From Clostridiales bacterium (lineage in GTDB: Bacteria > Bacillota > Clostridia > Peptostreptococcales > Anaerovoracaceae), in NCBI GenBank assembly GCA_022763735.1, contig JALEQY010000065.1:5662-69661 (forward strand): 64,000 nucleotides of DNA, read 5' to 3'. Positions within the stretch are counted from its first letter, which is position 1, and each line of letters opens with the position of its first letter. The notes beneath the pieces were generated by a model. The model did no database searches. It was not told where the DNA came from and was given only the letters and a program-made list of their open reading frames with translations. A program made the translations under genes and the position numbers. Shown piece after piece: positions 39,235-50,328 of the stretch.

Positions 39235-40995
39235 TTATTTAAGCCTGATACCCAGTTCATCCAGCTGCTGCTCCTCAACCACACCAGGAGCTTCACTCAC
39301 CATACACTGAGCGTTCTGATTCTTAGGGAAGGCTATCACTTCTCTGATAGATTTTTCTCCGGTAAGAAGCATGACAAGTCTGTCGAGGCCATATGCCAGC
39401 CCTCCATGAGGAGGAGTTCCGTATTTGAAGGCTTCCACCAGGAAACCGAATTTCTCGTCAATTTCCTCCTGGGACATATCGAGGGCTCTGAACATATCCT
39501 CCTGCATATCTCTGTCATGAATTCTTATACTTCCTCCACCCAGTTCTACACCATTTAGAACGATATCATATGCGTTGGCCTTGGCTTTTGTCGGCTCTGT
39601 TTTAAGCAGATGAGCATCCTCAGCCTTTGGTGATGTGAACGGGTGATGCATTGCATGATAGGAATCAGTTTCCTCATCATACTCGAAAAGAGGGAAATCA
39701 ACTACCCACAGCAAGTTGTACTGATTATCATCCAGAAGTCCCAGTTCTCCTGCGATATGTCTTCTCAGGAATCCCAGACTGTCAAATACCACTTTGTTCT
39801 TATCCGAAACAATAAGAATGAGGTCTCCGGATTCCGCTTTCATCGCATCAGCTATTTCCTGCAGCTGTTCCTGCGAGAAAAATTTATTTACAGATGAAGT
39901 GACCTCGCTATCGTTCACTTTCATCCATACCATGCCTTTTGCGCCATAGCTTCTTACAGCTTCTGTAAGCTTATCTATCTTTTTTCTTGTGTATTTATCT
40001 GCTGCTCCTGTGATGCATATACCACGTACGCTGCCGCCGGCTGCAATGGCATCTGTAAACACCTTGAAATCACAATTTTTTACAAGTCCTGTAATATCAT
40101 TGAGCTCAAATCCGACTCTTGTATCAGGTTTATCACTGCCATATCGCTCCATTGCTTCGTCGTACGTGATTCTTGGGAACGGTGTTTCTATGTCCACTCC
40201 CTTCATTTCCCTGAAAACCCGCTTGAGGTATCCTTCCTGAATTTCAATCACATCGTCAACATCAACAAATGACATCTCAAGGTCTATCTGTGTGAACTCA
40301 GGCTGTCTGTCTGCACGAAGGTCTTCATCTCTGAAGCATTTCACCACCTGCATATATCTGTCGGTTCCTCCAACCATCAGAAGCTGCTTGAACATCTGCG
40401 GTGACTGAGGAAGTGCATAGAATTTCCCATTATTCACCCTGCTTGGTACAAGATAGTCTCTGGCACCTTCAGGTGTGGATTTGATAAGCATAGGTGTCTC
40501 GACCTCTGTGAAACCGTTTTCCGAGAAGTAATCTCTTGTCAGCTTCACAAGATTATGGCGAAAAGTCAGATTGTCCTGCATCTTCTTTTTCCTGAGATCA
40601 AGATATCTGTACCTGAGTCTGAGATTATCATCTACATTGTCATCATCCTTGATGTAAATAGGTGGTGTATCCGCTTCCGAATATATGATGAGATCATCAG
40701 CAAAAACTTCTATTTCACCTGTCGGCAGTTCCATGTTCTTGGACTCCCTTTCAAGAACCTCACCTTTGATTCCTACAACATATTCACTTCTTAATTTATC
40801 AGCTCGCTCAAATAGCTCCTGAGGTATCTTGTCATTGAAAACCACCTGGGTAATACCTGTCTTATCCCTGACATCACAGAAAATAAGACCTCCAAGATTC
40901 CTTCTCTTCTGAATCCAGCCGTTAAGAACGACTTTTTCTCCTATATTTTCTTTTCTCAGATCTCCACACATGTGAGTTCTTTTAAAAATTCTCAT
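39235..40995 (-). CDS. aspS: aspartyl-tRNA synthetase
   Basis: 586 aa with an OB-fold N-terminus and class II motifs ([31 protein letters not shown]). Confidence 0.98.
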   Translation of the reverse strand: MRIFKRTHMCGDLRKENIGEKVVLNGWIQKRRNLGGLIFCDVRDKTGITQVVFNDKIPQELFERADKLRSEYVVGIKGEVLERESKNMELPTGEIEVFADDLIIYSEADTPPIYIKDDDNVDDNLRLRYRYLDLRKKKMQDNLTFRHNLVKLTRDYFSENGFTEVETPMLIKSTPEGARDYLVPSRVNNGKFYALPQSPQMFKQLLMVGGTDRYMQVVKCFRDEDLRADRQPEFTQIDLEMSFVDVDDVIEIQEGYLKRVFREMKGVDIETPFPRITYDEAMERYGSDKPDTRVGFELNDITGLVKNCDFKVFTDAIAAGGSVRGICITGAADKYTRKKIDKLTEAVRSYGAKGMVWMKVNDSEVTSSVNKFFSQEQLQEIADAMKAESGDLILIVSDKNKVVFDSLGFLRRHIAGELGLLDDNQYNLLWVVDFPLFEYDEETDSYHAMHHPFTSPKAEDAHLLKTEPTKAKANAYDIVLNGVELGGGSIRIHDRDMQEDMFRALDMSQEEIDEKFGFLVEAFKYGTPPHGGLAYGLDRLVMLLTGEKSIREVIAFPKNQNAQCMVSEAPGVVEEQQLDELGIRLK

Positions 40996-41025
40996 TCCAC
41001 TTCTCCTGTATTAAAAATAATGTAT

Positions 41026-42279
41026 CTATTTCATAAGCTCTTCAACTATACTTTCCATAGGGACATTGACCTGCTGGGAGGTTGCCATGTCCTTAATGGC
41101 AAAGCTGTTTTTCTCCAGCTCATCCTGTCCTATTACAACGGTTTTTCTGGCATTAATTCTGTTGGCATACTTGAACTGGTTCTTGATGTTTCTGCCCATG
41201 ATATCCATCTGCACAGCGATACCCTGCTTTCTTAACTCTCTCATGAGTTTCAGACCTGCAGCCTTTGCCTCATCTCCCATTACTGCGATAAACACATCTG
41301 CTCCGGAAGGCTCAGGAATCTCCACACCGCAGGCTTCCATAGTCAGCAGCAGACGCTCTTTACCAAGTCCGAATCCGACACCTGGTGTAGATGGACCGCC
41401 GACTTCTTCCACCAGCTTGTCATATCTGCCGCCGCCGCATACGGTTCCCTGTGCGCCGATCTTAGTTGTAACAAATTCAAAAGCGGTCTTGGTATAATAA
41501 TCCAGCCCTCTGACAATTCCAGGATCGACAACATATTCTATGCCCATGGCATCAAGGTTTGCCTTTAACTGTTCAAATGCATCTCTGCAGTCATCACAGA
41601 GATAATCGATCATCATTGGCGCACCTGCAACAAGCTCCTGGCAGATCGGGGATTTACAGTCTATAATTCTCATCGGATTGCGGTCAAATCTGTCCTTGCA
41701 TGTATCACAGAGTTCATCATACTTAGGCTTCAGGAATTCCCTCAGTGCTTCTCTGTGCTTTTTCCTGCATTCCGGACATCCGACACTGTTTATTCGAAGC
41801 TCCACATCCGTAATTCCCATTTCCTGCAGAAAATCATATCCCAGACTTATACACTCAGCATCCGCCATCATATCCATTGTTCCGAAGGTTTCAATACCGA
41901 ACTGATGGAATTCTCTGAGTCTTCCCGACTGAGGTTTCTCGTATCTGAAGCACGGTATATTATAGTAGAATTTATTAGGCTGAACACCTGCATACAGTTT
42001 ATGCTCTGTAAATGCACGAACAACCGGGGATGTACCCTCAGGCTTCAGTGTGATGCTTCTCTTGCCGTAATCCTGGAAAGTGTACATTTCCTTCTGGACA
42101 ATATCTGTTGTATCACCTACGCCTCTCTGAAAAAGCTCCGTATGTTCAAAGACCGGTGTTCTTATTTCCTGAAATCCGTATCTTCTGCAAATATCTGCAA
42201 AGGCTTCCTCAATGTAGTGCCACTTGTATGCCTGATCAGGCAGCATATCCTTGGTTCCCTTAGGTGCATTAGTTAACAT
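41026..42279 (-). CDS. hisS: histidyl-tRNA synthetase
   Basis: 417 aa with GTKDMLP, CFRYEKPQSGRLREFHQ and GGGRYD. Confidence 0.98.
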   Translation of the reverse strand: MLTNAPKGTKDMLPDQAYKWHYIEEAFADICRRYGFQEIRTPVFEHTELFQRGVGDTTDIVQKEMYTFQDYGKRSITLKPEGTSPVVRAFTEHKLYAGVQPNKFYYNIPCFRYEKPQSGRLREFHQFGIETFGTMDMMADAECISLGYDFLQEMGITDVELRINSVGCPECRKKHREALREFLKPKYDELCDTCKDRFDRNPMRIIDCKSPICQELVAGAPMMIDYLCDDCRDAFEQLKANLDAMGIEYVVDPGIVRGLDYYTKTAFEFVTTKIGAQGTVCGGGRYDKLVEEVGGPSTPGVGFGLGKERLLLTMEACGVEIPEPSGADVFIAVMGDEAKAAGLKLMRELRKQGIAVQMDIMGRNIKNQFKYANRINARKTVVIGQDELEKNSFAIKDMATSQQVNVPMESIVEELMK

Positions 42280-42283
42280 TCTT

Positions 42284-43639
42284 CTACCTCCAAAAGTTTT
42301 TTTCTTTTCTCTGAGTCATTTCTTCGATCCGGTCGATATATATTTCGTAATTTGAAACATTAGCCACTCGTTCAAGCCTGTTTTCTTCAGGGAAATAAAC
42401 CTTGCTTATACCCCCTGCTCCCATTGCCAGGATGGACTGGGCCTCTTCCATTATTCTTATATTATAGACGGAAACCGCATCATTTCTGCAGTATCCGATG
42501 TTTTCAGTATTACCTGATGTATGCTTCTGCCGGTAAAGATAGTAGGGTCTGTAGCCAGCAGTTCTCAATGCCTCTTCAGCATATCCGAGCATCTGCTCAC
42601 GCAGCTCTTCATCTTTGTAATTGAATTCCTCATCTATTTCTTTCAGTCTTGAAGCTCTTTTTACAGCCAGTGTATGAAGCGTTATATTATCCGCTCCATA
42701 TGCGATAATTCTGTCAAGACTGTTTCTGAAGTCATCAAAGCTTTCTTCAGGAAGTCCTGCAATCAGATCAGCATTTACTGAACCATCCCAGATCGACCGT
42801 GCCATGTCAAAGGCTTTATCAGTCTCTTCTACAGTATGCTTTCTTCCTATCAGGTCAAGTGTCTGCTGCTTCATTGTCTGCGGATTTATGCTTATTCTCG
42901 TAACGCCGTACTGCTTCAGTATACGGAGTTTTTCTTCCGTTATTGTATCAGGTCGTCCTGCTTCCACAGTGAATTCACATAGTGTACTCAGATCAAAAGA
43001 AAGACTTATGTGTTCCAGCAGTTTTTCAAGCTGTACGGCATCAAGGGTTGTAGGTGTGCCTCCTCCTATGTAAAAGGACTCCAGCCTGTAGTTCCCTTCT
43101 CTGACTTTATGTCCGCAATACTCTATTTCCCTGTGCAGTGCTTCCAGATATCTGTCGATTTCTGTCTTTTTAACCTGATTGGATGTAAAGGAGCAGTACA
43201 GACATCTGGTCGGGCAGAACGGAATGCCAAGGTAAACAGACATACTCTTTTCCTGTGGCGTTCCTGCTGTCTTCAGCTGATATTCAAGTATCTCTGCTGT
43301 CAGAGAACTTTTGGAATGATCCAGCAGATAATCCCGTTCAAGGTCCTTTTCCACCTGTCTCAGGTCGCCGCACCTTCTGTACATTTCACCGGCAAGCTTT
43401 ACCGGCCTGATTCCCGTAAGGATTCCCCATTTAGGTGATTTCCCCGTATGCTTCTCAAGGTCTCTGTACAGACAGCGTTTCAATTCGTTCCTGTCTCCAT
43501 CATATGCAAAAATGCTGCAGTCACATACTTCATCTGTACTGTCAGTCAGAAGTCTGTAATTTCTATCCGGCATAAAAACACGGATAAGTTCTTCATATTG
43601 ATTTGTATTATCTGTTCCAGTTAGTCTACATGTGTACAA
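42284..43639 (-). CDS. HemN/HemZ-family radical SAM coproporphyrinogen-dehydrogenase-like protein
   Basis: It has the CPTRCLYCSF radical SAM motif. The track start (43699) overlaps the upstream gene by 74 nt. The in-frame TTG at 43639 follows AAGAGGA at ~10 nt, but the start remains uncertain. Confidence 0.85.
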   Translation of the reverse strand: MYTCRLTGTDNTNQYEELIRVFMPDRNYRLLTDSTDEVCDCSIFAYDGDRNELKRCLYRDLEKHTGKSPKWGILTGIRPVKLAGEMYRRCGDLRQVEKDLERDYLLDHSKSSLTAEILEYQLKTAGTPQEKSMSVYLGIPFCPTRCLYCSFTSNQVKKTEIDRYLEALHREIEYCGHKVREGNYRLESFYIGGGTPTTLDAVQLEKLLEHISLSFDLSTLCEFTVEAGRPDTITEEKLRILKQYGVTRISINPQTMKQQTLDLIGRKHTVEETDKAFDMARSIWDGSVNADLIAGLPEESFDDFRNSLDRIIAYGADNITLHTLAVKRASRLKEIDEEFNYKDEELREQMLGYAEEALRTAGYRPYYLYRQKHTSGNTENIGYCRNDAVSVYNIRIMEEAQSILAMGAGGISKVYFPEENRLERVANVSNYEIYIDRIEEMTQRKEKNFWR

Positions 43640-44255
43640 AAGGATTGTTCCTCTTTTCAAATTCAATTGTGGTAGGATCCATATGTCCCGGAAAAACATT
43701 TGTGCTGTCAGGAAGTGTAAACAGTTTCTCCCTTATTGATGTCATCAGATCACTGAATGAGCATCCCGGGAAATCAGTCCTGCCGACCGACTGACGGAAT
43801 AATGTATCGCCGCAGAAAACAACATTATCCTTAGCAGAGTATATGCACATTCCTCCAGGTGAATGTCCCGGTGTATGTAAGAACTCAAGTGTTGTATTTC
43901 CAACCTGCAGTGTATCTCCGTCATTTACAAATATATCTGCTCTGACTGTATCAGGTGTTCCGAACTGAGCACTCATATTGAAATTTTCATCCGTCAGCAT
44001 AGCCTCCTCAGCTGAATCCGCAACAATACGGGCTTCCGGGAAATCACGATGATGCGCATTCACTCCGCATATATGATCCGCATGTCCATGAGTGATTATT
44101 ATATATTCGATGTCAATACCATCATCCTGTATTTTTTTTGTAAGCATCGGATTATAACCGCCGGGATCAACTATGAATCCTTTATTCGTATCATCATCCA
44201 CTGCCAGGTAGGTATTTACACCCAGCATGCCGCTGGGCATACATGTAATCTGCAT
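43626..44255 (-). CDS. MBL-fold metallo-hydrolase (glyoxalase II-like)
   Basis: 209 aa with the ITHGHADH motif and a downstream HTPGHSPG. Confidence 0.85.
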   Translation of the reverse strand: MQITCMPSGMLGVNTYLAVDDDTNKGFIVDPGGYNPMLTKKIQDDGIDIEYIIITHGHADHICGVNAHHRDFPEARIVADSAEEAMLTDENFNMSAQFGTPDTVRADIFVNDGDTLQVGNTTLEFLHTPGHSPGGMCIYSAKDNVVFCGDTLFRQSVGRTDFPGCSFSDLMTSIREKLFTLPDSTNVFPGHMDPTTIEFEKRNNPFVHM

Positions 44256-44267
44256 TTTCTGATCTCC

Positions 44268-44717
44268 TTAAAATAATTTTCTGCTGTCAAGCAGTATAGT
44301 CACCGGTCCATCATTCTGAATATCAACTACCATATGGGTCTGAAAAACACCTTCTTCTACGTTAATGCCTCTGCTGCTGATAAATTCAATGACTTTACGG
44401 TAGAGTGAATCAGCTTCATCAGGCCGTGCTGCTCTGGTGAAACTCGGTCTTTTTCCCTTTCTGACATCTCCGAGAAGTGTGAACTGTGAAACTGCCAGAA
44501 TCTCACCTCCGACGTCTGTGACGGACAGGTTCATCTTGTCGTTCTCATCTTCAAATATCCTTAATCCGGCAACCTTTTCCGCGATGTATTCAGCATCCTT
44601 AACTGTATCTCCATCTTCAACGCCGACAAGAACCATCAGTCCACGACCTATTTTCCCTGTTGTCTCTGAATTCACTGCAACACTGCTTTTCGTGACACGC
44701 TGTATTACTGCTCTCAT
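44268..44717 (-). CDS. dtd: D-aminoacyl-tRNA deacylase
   Basis: 149 aa (MRAVIQRV...SQFTLLGD...GKRPSF). Confidence 0.95.
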   Translation of the reverse strand: MRAVIQRVTKSSVAVNSETTGKIGRGLMVLVGVEDGDTVKDAEYIAEKVAGLRIFEDENDKMNLSVTDVGGEILAVSQFTLLGDVRKGKRPSFTRAARPDEADSLYRKVIEFISSRGINVEEGVFQTHMVVDIQNDGPVTILLDSRKLF

Positions 44718-46924
44718 ATTTTTGTTCTGTATGCCTCCATTATGCCGGGCACATTCTTAAGTGAGCGACATATTTTTTCCATCTGAATTTTATCCTGTAT
44801 AGCAAGAGTAAGGTTTATCCTTACTGTTTCATCCTTGTCAGCTTTTGCGTTGAGGCCTGCTATATGAACATCCATATCTTCACAGACTTTAGAAATATTA
44901 CTCAGCATTCCTTTCTGATCCTTTGCTATAAGACTGATCTCTGCATTGAATGACCTTTCAGGTTGCTGAGTATCCCAGCTGACTTTGATACATCTTGCTT
45001 TTTCGCTTTCCGGAAGTGATTTAAGATTGTCACAATCTGTTCTGTGTACGGATATTCCTCTTCCCTTTGTGATAAAGCCAATGATATCATCCCCGGGAAC
45101 AGGACTGCAGCATCTGGCAATCCTGATCATCAGATTATCGACACCTTCGACTATAACTCCCGAATTATCATCATTTTTATGTCTGTTTTTATCGTGCTGG
45201 ACACGTTTCTGAGTCTTTTCACTTATCTCATTGAGGTTCTCCAGCAGTGTCTTTTCTTTCTCTGCTTCTTCAGCTCTCGTTTCTGCATCATATTTCAGCA
45301 GCATATTTGTGAACTTGGTCTGTATCGACCCGCCGTTGCTGAGCTGAGTATAAAGCTCGTCCGTATTTCTGAAATTGAGTTCCTTAGCAGCTCTGTTGAT
45401 ATACGCATTTTTCAGCAGAGTTCTCGGATCATAACCCTTCTTGCGTATATATTTATCTATAAGATCTTTACCCTTATCGATATTATCTGTCTTGTTTTCT
45501 TTTTTCAGCCACTGCCTGATTTTATTTCTGGCAGAACTGCTCTTTGCAATTTTGAGCCAGTCAATGCTCGGACCTGCTGCATTTGGAGATGTTATGATTT
45601 CAATTATATCGCCATTTTCAAGAATATGGTCTATTGTGACCATTTTACCGTTGATCTTGGCACCTACACATTTGCATCCCACGTCAGAATGGATTTTAAA
45701 TGCAAAATCCAGCGGTGTTGATCCTGCCGGCAGTTCTATAACATCGCCCTGAGGAGTAAAGACAAATACCTGACTCGAAAAAAGATCCATCTTGAGTGAC
45801 TCCATAAACTCCTTGGGATCCTTGACATCCTTCTGCCATTCAAGGGCCTGTCTGAGCCAGGAAAGCTTAACCTCCTCCTTGTCCGAAGTTATGCCTTCTT
45901 TGTATTTCCAGTGAGCCGCAATACCATATTCGGCAATTCTGTGCATTTCATAAGTTCTGATCTGGATTTCAAACGGTTTGCCGCTTTCTCCCATCACAGT
46001 TGTATGAAGTGACTGATACATATTCGGTTTTGGCATTGCTATATAGTCTTTAAATCTTCCAGGTATAGGTGTCCACATAGTATGAACCAGACCCAGAACA
46101 GCATAACAGTCACGTATTGAATCCACAATTATCCTGACAGCCATCAGATCAAAAATCTCATCCAGATTCTTATGCTGGTATTTCATTTTCTTGTATATGC
46201 TGTAAAAATGCTTTGACCGTCCGTAAATATCAAAGTTTATATCTATCTCTTCAAGTGAGCTTCGTATTTTATCAACTACATTGTTGATCGCATCTTCTCT
46301 TTCTCCCTTGCGCTGACTTACCTGTTCAGCAAGATCATAATATGCTTCAGGCTCCAGAAACTTGAGTGCTATATCCTCCAGTTCCATTTTCATGGCATAA
46401 ATACCCAGTCTTGCTGCCAGCGGAGCATAAATATCAAGCGTCTCACGACATTTTTCTATTATTTTATCATGAGTCATATAATTTATGGTTCTCAGGTTGT
46501 GCAGCCTGTCCGAAAGTTTGATAATCAGCACACGTATATCTTTTGACATTGCAAGAAACATCTTTCTCAGATTCTCAGCCTGACGTTCCTCCTTGCTTTC
46601 AAACTTCAGGGATCCCAGCTTCGTTACACCATCCACAAGCAGCTCGACTTCGTCACCGAAATCAGAAGCGAGTTCCTCTGATGTATACGGAGTATCCTCA
46701 ACAACATCGTGAAGCAGACCCGCTATGATCGTTTCTTCATCCATGCCCAGATCAGCCAGTATCTCCGCCACCGCCATAGGGTGGATGAGATACGGCTCTC
46801 CTGATTTTCTCAGCTGACCGCGATGCATCTCTTCAGCCACATCGTATGCCCTGCCGATAAGGTCTATATCGTACTTTGAATTGTATTCAAGTATTGTATT
46901 TAAAAACTCACTTCTTTTCTTCAT
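44714..46924 (-). CDS. relA: bifunctional (p)ppGpp synthetase/hydrolase
   Basis: 736 aa with an HD hydrolase domain (HPMAVA...LLHDVVEDT), a synthetase domain, and TGS and ACT domains. Confidence 0.97.
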   Translation of the reverse strand: MKKRSEFLNTILEYNSKYDIDLIGRAYDVAEEMHRGQLRKSGEPYLIHPMAVAEILADLGMDEETIIAGLLHDVVEDTPYTSEELASDFGDEVELLVDGVTKLGSLKFESKEERQAENLRKMFLAMSKDIRVLIIKLSDRLHNLRTINYMTHDKIIEKCRETLDIYAPLAARLGIYAMKMELEDIALKFLEPEAYYDLAEQVSQRKGEREDAINNVVDKIRSSLEEIDINFDIYGRSKHFYSIYKKMKYQHKNLDEIFDLMAVRIIVDSIRDCYAVLGLVHTMWTPIPGRFKDYIAMPKPNMYQSLHTTVMGESGKPFEIQIRTYEMHRIAEYGIAAHWKYKEGITSDKEEVKLSWLRQALEWQKDVKDPKEFMESLKMDLFSSQVFVFTPQGDVIELPAGSTPLDFAFKIHSDVGCKCVGAKINGKMVTIDHILENGDIIEIITSPNAAGPSIDWLKIAKSSSARNKIRQWLKKENKTDNIDKGKDLIDKYIRKKGYDPRTLLKNAYINRAAKELNFRNTDELYTQLSNGGSIQTKFTNMLLKYDAETRAEEAEKEKTLLENLNEISEKTQKRVQHDKNRHKNDDNSGVIVEGVDNLMIRIARCCSPVPGDDIIGFITKGRGISVHRTDCDNLKSLPESEKARCIKVSWDTQQPERSFNAEISLIAKDQKGMLSNISKVCEDMDVHIAGLNAKADKDETVRINLTLAIQDKIQMEKICRSLKNVPGIMEAYRTKI

Positions 46925-49145
46925 CGTTCTTTAACTTCTTATTCTTTTTCTTGTTTTTCTTTACTTCTTTTTCATATTTTGATACACTTGCCGGTCTGGC
47001 AAATTCATAGTACAGAGGGCTACAGATTGTTATTGACGAGTAGGCACCTGCAATTACACCTACCATCAGAGGCAGTACAAACTCTCTGATCGCTTCTCCT
47101 GCCATTATCAGCAGAGGTACCATTACTATAAGGGTAGTTACAGATGTCATCAGAGAACGTCCCAGAGTCTGGGTAATGCTCTTGTCGATAATCTCCTCTG
47201 TATTTCCTTTTCTGAGATATCTGATGTTTTCTCGTATTCTGTCAAATATTACAATGGTATCATTGATTGAATAACCTACTACAGTAAGTATTCCGGCAAT
47301 GAACGGATTGTTCACTGTCACATTGAATATCGCATAGAATGCTATCACGATCAGTACATCATGGACTACTCCAAGCAATGCAGCTCCACCGAATTTCCAC
47401 TGTGAGAATCTGAATCTGATATATATCAGCATACATATTGATGCTATCAATATAGCCAGTATGGCATTGTTTCTGAGCTCTTTTCCTACTGACGGTCCGA
47501 ACAGTTCCTCGGCTACAACATCGTCATCAGTCGTTCCGAATTCCTGATTTATCGTTTCAATAACCTCAGCTCTCTTATCACTGTCAAGCGATTCTATTGT
47601 CCTGATTACAATCTGTTCATTGTCTTCACCGGAGTATATTATTTCAGGGGAAAGATCATATTTTTTAATAGCTTTTTCCACATCAGTCACTTTGACCTGT
47701 TTGCCCATATCCATCTGTATCATGGTACCGCCTGTAAAGTCTATACCGTAATTCAGGCCTCTGACCAGACCAAATACAAGTCCTGCAACCAGTATAATAA
47801 CTGATATAATATAGAATACTTTCCTGTGTCTGATAAAATGCAGTTCTTTCCTGATAGTGAATACAGCTGTATTGTCTGCTCTGATTCCAAAGAAAGATCT
47901 TTTGCTGAATTTTCTGCTTTCTGAGATAATTCCGACATAAAGCTGTGTAACCACTACAGCAGTAAAGATACTTACTATAATACCTATCATGAAAGTAAAT
48001 GCGAACCCTTTTACCGCACTGGTACCTATCTGATACAGTATAACCGCAGCAATCAGCGTAGTAACCTGTGAATCCACTACAGTCTTCATAGCCCGCTTGA
48101 AACCTGTCTGTACAGCCACTCTGACTGTTTTGCCGCTTTCTATTTCCTCCCTGATTCTGGAGAAGATTACAACATTGGCATCGACAGCCATACCTACCGA
48201 CAGTATGATACCTGCGATCCCAGGCAATGTCAGAACGCTTCCCATAGCAGACATGATATTGAGCACAATTATCACATATAACAGCAGTGCCAGGTCAGCA
48301 GCAATACCCATTGCTCTGTATGCCACCAGCATTATTATCAATATTATAGCCAGACCTATTATTCCTGCATACACACTCATTTCCAGAGCGTTGTATCCGA
48401 TCTTGGCAGACTGCACTGATGAGTTTATTTCCTCAAGTTCCAGAGGCAGAGCACCGCCTCTGATAAGTGCTGCCAGATTCGAAGCTTCCTCCTGACTGAA
48501 ACCTCCTGTAATAGAGCACTGACCTCCGCTTATCGGCTCATTTACCCTAGGTGCTGAAATTATCTGCCCGTCAAGTATAATCATTATTGCCTTATTATCG
48601 ACACCTTCTATTGCTGAAGTTACAGCTCCGCTGTATGCCTGACTGGTCGCCTGATGAAACAGATCCGAACCTTCACTGTCAAACTCAAGCGCAACGGCAT
48701 ATCCGGCTGATTCATTATCTGTAGCTATAGTCGCATCCTTGACATTGCCTCCATCAAGTACTATCGTCCCGTCAGCCAGAGCAAACTGCAGCTGTGCGGT
48801 TCTGCCGATCTGATCAATAGCCTCCTGCGCATCTTCAGCTCCCGGCAGCTCTACTCTTATCCTTTTTTCACCTTCTATAGTGACAACGGGTTCTGCCAGC
48901 CCCATCTGATTGACACGTTCTTCGATAACGGCCTGTGTCTGCTCCATTGCTTCTCTCAGGTCATCACCTTTGAGGTCTGTCTTGGCTTCCATTACAACAT
49001 AAACTCCACCCTTGACATCAAGCCCCAGTTTCATCCTGTCCTTCAATGGCTGTATCGGGCCGGCACCGACAAGTGTCAGATACCATCCTGCAACTATTAT
49101 TATCACGAATAATACCGCGAATACACGTTTCAACTTGTAATTCAT
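46908..49145 (-). CDS. secDF: protein translocase subunit SecDF (fusion)
   Basis: 745 aa with two 6-TM blocks and periplasmic-type domains. LGLDVKGG is the SecD signature. Confidence 0.95.
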   Translation of the reverse strand: MNYKLKRVFAVLFVIIIVAGWYLTLVGAGPIQPLKDRMKLGLDVKGGVYVVMEAKTDLKGDDLREAMEQTQAVIEERVNQMGLAEPVVTIEGEKRIRVELPGAEDAQEAIDQIGRTAQLQFALADGTIVLDGGNVKDATIATDNESAGYAVALEFDSEGSDLFHQATSQAYSGAVTSAIEGVDNKAIMIILDGQIISAPRVNEPISGGQCSITGGFSQEEASNLAALIRGGALPLELEEINSSVQSAKIGYNALEMSVYAGIIGLAIILIIMLVAYRAMGIAADLALLLYVIIVLNIMSAMGSVLTLPGIAGIILSVGMAVDANVVIFSRIREEIESGKTVRVAVQTGFKRAMKTVVDSQVTTLIAAVILYQIGTSAVKGFAFTFMIGIIVSIFTAVVVTQLYVGIISESRKFSKRSFFGIRADNTAVFTIRKELHFIRHRKVFYIISVIILVAGLVFGLVRGLNYGIDFTGGTMIQMDMGKQVKVTDVEKAIKKYDLSPEIIYSGEDNEQIVIRTIESLDSDKRAEVIETINQEFGTTDDDVVAEELFGPSVGKELRNNAILAILIASICMLIYIRFRFSQWKFGGAALLGVVHDVLIVIAFYAIFNVTVNNPFIAGILTVVGYSINDTIVIFDRIRENIRYLRKGNTEEIIDKSITQTLGRSLMTSVTTLIVMVPLLIMAGEAIREFVLPLMVGVIAGAYSSITICSPLYYEFARPASVSKYEKEVKKNKKKNKKLKNDEEKK

Positions 49146-49259
49146 CTGTTCCTCCTGTAGATATTCCTCTTCAGCAGACTATAAATGTCCATCAAATCAT
49201 ACTGTTTATATTTTACTACTTTTTTGTACTCTAAACAAGGGCAAATGCATTGATTTACT

Positions 49260-49625
49260 CTATTTGTTGCTGTTTGTGCCTGCGATTGCGCCTATTGTTC
49301 CTGTCAATAATGGTATCAGATACATGATATCAAATGAATCAGGGCCAAAAGATTCTGCAAAAGCACTTCCTGCTGCAGCTATTATTATCACTATAAACAA
49401 AACTGATGAAAACAATCCTGTGATCAGGCCGCGCCTGCCTGTTATCCTGCCTTCCATCACCCCCAGAAACATAGATGATATCGACAAAGCCACAATCAGT
49501 CCTGCATAAGACCACTCTTCCGGAAAAGCTGTAAATCTGATAACTGCAGCCAGAAGCAGAGTCAGCATCAGAAACAGTATTAAAGCAAAACCATATGCTT
49601 TTAAAGACTTTCTTACAATTTCCAT
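49260..49625 (-). CDS. small multi-pass membrane protein (possibly TIGR04086/YrzE-like)
   Basis: The start was trimmed to ATG 49625 behind GGGAGGT. It has four hydrophobic segments. The family assignment is tentative. Confidence 0.55.
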   Translation of the reverse strand: MEIVRKSLKAYGFALILFLMLTLLLAAVIRFTAFPEEWSYAGLIVALSISSMFLGVMEGRITGRRGLITGLFSSVLFIVIIIAAAGSAFAESFGPDSFDIMYLIPLLTGTIGAIAGTNSNK

Positions 49626-49687
49626 ATTGCACCTCCCGTACATTTTATTTTAACAGCAGCTGCAATAGAACGATATCGCATGTTTTG

Positions 49688-49720
49688 GCAAAAACAAAAG
49701 AGATGGTTTCCCATCTCTTT
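49688..49720 (-). terminator. rho-independent terminator after yajC
   Basis: The minus strand reads AAAGAGATGG-GAAA-CCATCTCTTT followed by TGTTTTTG, ~20 nt after the stop. Confidence 0.7.
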
Positions 49721-49741
49721 ATCGTTCATTCCGTCTGTTTA

Positions 49742-50170
49742 CTATTTTTCTTCGGATGCTGCTTCTGCAGGTTCAGCTTCCGGTGTAGCTTCTTCCTGTT
49801 TAACTTCTTCTGCAGGAGCTTCTTCAACAGGAGCAGCTTTCTTGATTCTCTTAGGTTTTCTGGCAGCCTTAGGCTCCTCATCCTCTGCAGCCTTTGCCGG
49901 TCTCTTGCTCTGTTCAACAACCTTTGACACAGCCCATCTCATAATTTCAAACTTGACTTTATCAGCACCTACCTGAATTACAAGCGACTCATCCTTAGTT
50001 TTGACAATCTTACCGCAGATTCCTCCTATTGTAATGATTTCATCACCTACCTGAACGCTGCTTCTCATTGCGTTCACTTCCTTCTCTCTCTTTTTCTGAG
50101 GTCTTATGAGCAGGAAATACATAATACCTATCAATAATATCAAAGGCAGTATAGTGGTTACAGTATTCAT
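49742..50170 (-). CDS. yajC: preprotein translocase subunit YajC with a charged C-terminal tail
   Basis: 142 aa. The core is LILLIGIMYFLLIRPQKKREKE...VGDEIITIGGICGKIV. The last ~50 aa are low-complexity and rich in A, E, P and K. Confidence 0.9.
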   Translation of the reverse strand: MNTVTTILPLILLIGIMYFLLIRPQKKREKEVNAMRSSVQVGDEIITIGGICGKIVKTKDESLVIQVGADKVKFEIMRWAVSKVVEQSKRPAKAAEDEEPKAARKPKRIKKAAPVEEAPAEEVKQEEATPEAEPAEAASEEK

Positions 50171-50221
50171 TAATGGTTCCTCCTAATAGAAATATATTTG
50201 TCAATCATAATGTTATTATAA

Positions 50222-50308
50222 TGGTGCCGGCGATGGGGGTCGAACCCATACGGTGTCGCCACCACGGGATTTTGAGTCCCGCACGTCTGCCAATTCCATC
50301 ACGCCGGC
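50222..50308 (-). tRNA. tRNA-Leu (anticodon CAA), CCA encoded
   Basis: The minus strand reads GCCGGCGTGATGGAATTGGCAGACGTGCGGGACTCAAAATCCCGTGGTGGCGACACCGTATGGGTTCGACCCCCATCGCCGGCACCA. It folds with a 7-bp acceptor stem, an anticodon stem-loop CGGGA-CTCAAAA-TCCCG, a long variable arm and a T arm ATGGG-TTCGACC-CCCAT. Confidence 0.93.
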
Positions 50309-50328
50309 GTAACACTATGATTATAGCA

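Noticed and set aside
33915-42283. T-box leader riboswitches upstream of leuS, aspS and hisS.
   Set aside because: The gaps upstream of these genes are only 14, 30 and 4 nt, far too short for a ~200-nt T-box. The genes are embedded in operons.
50222-50308. tRNA-Leu as the integration site of a genomic island (RND, lysozyme, CODH, BMC).
   Set aside because: The accessory genes lie on the 5' side of the tRNA, whereas integrases normally target the 3' end. By eye I found no duplicated copy of the tRNA 3' segment and no integrase adjacent to it.
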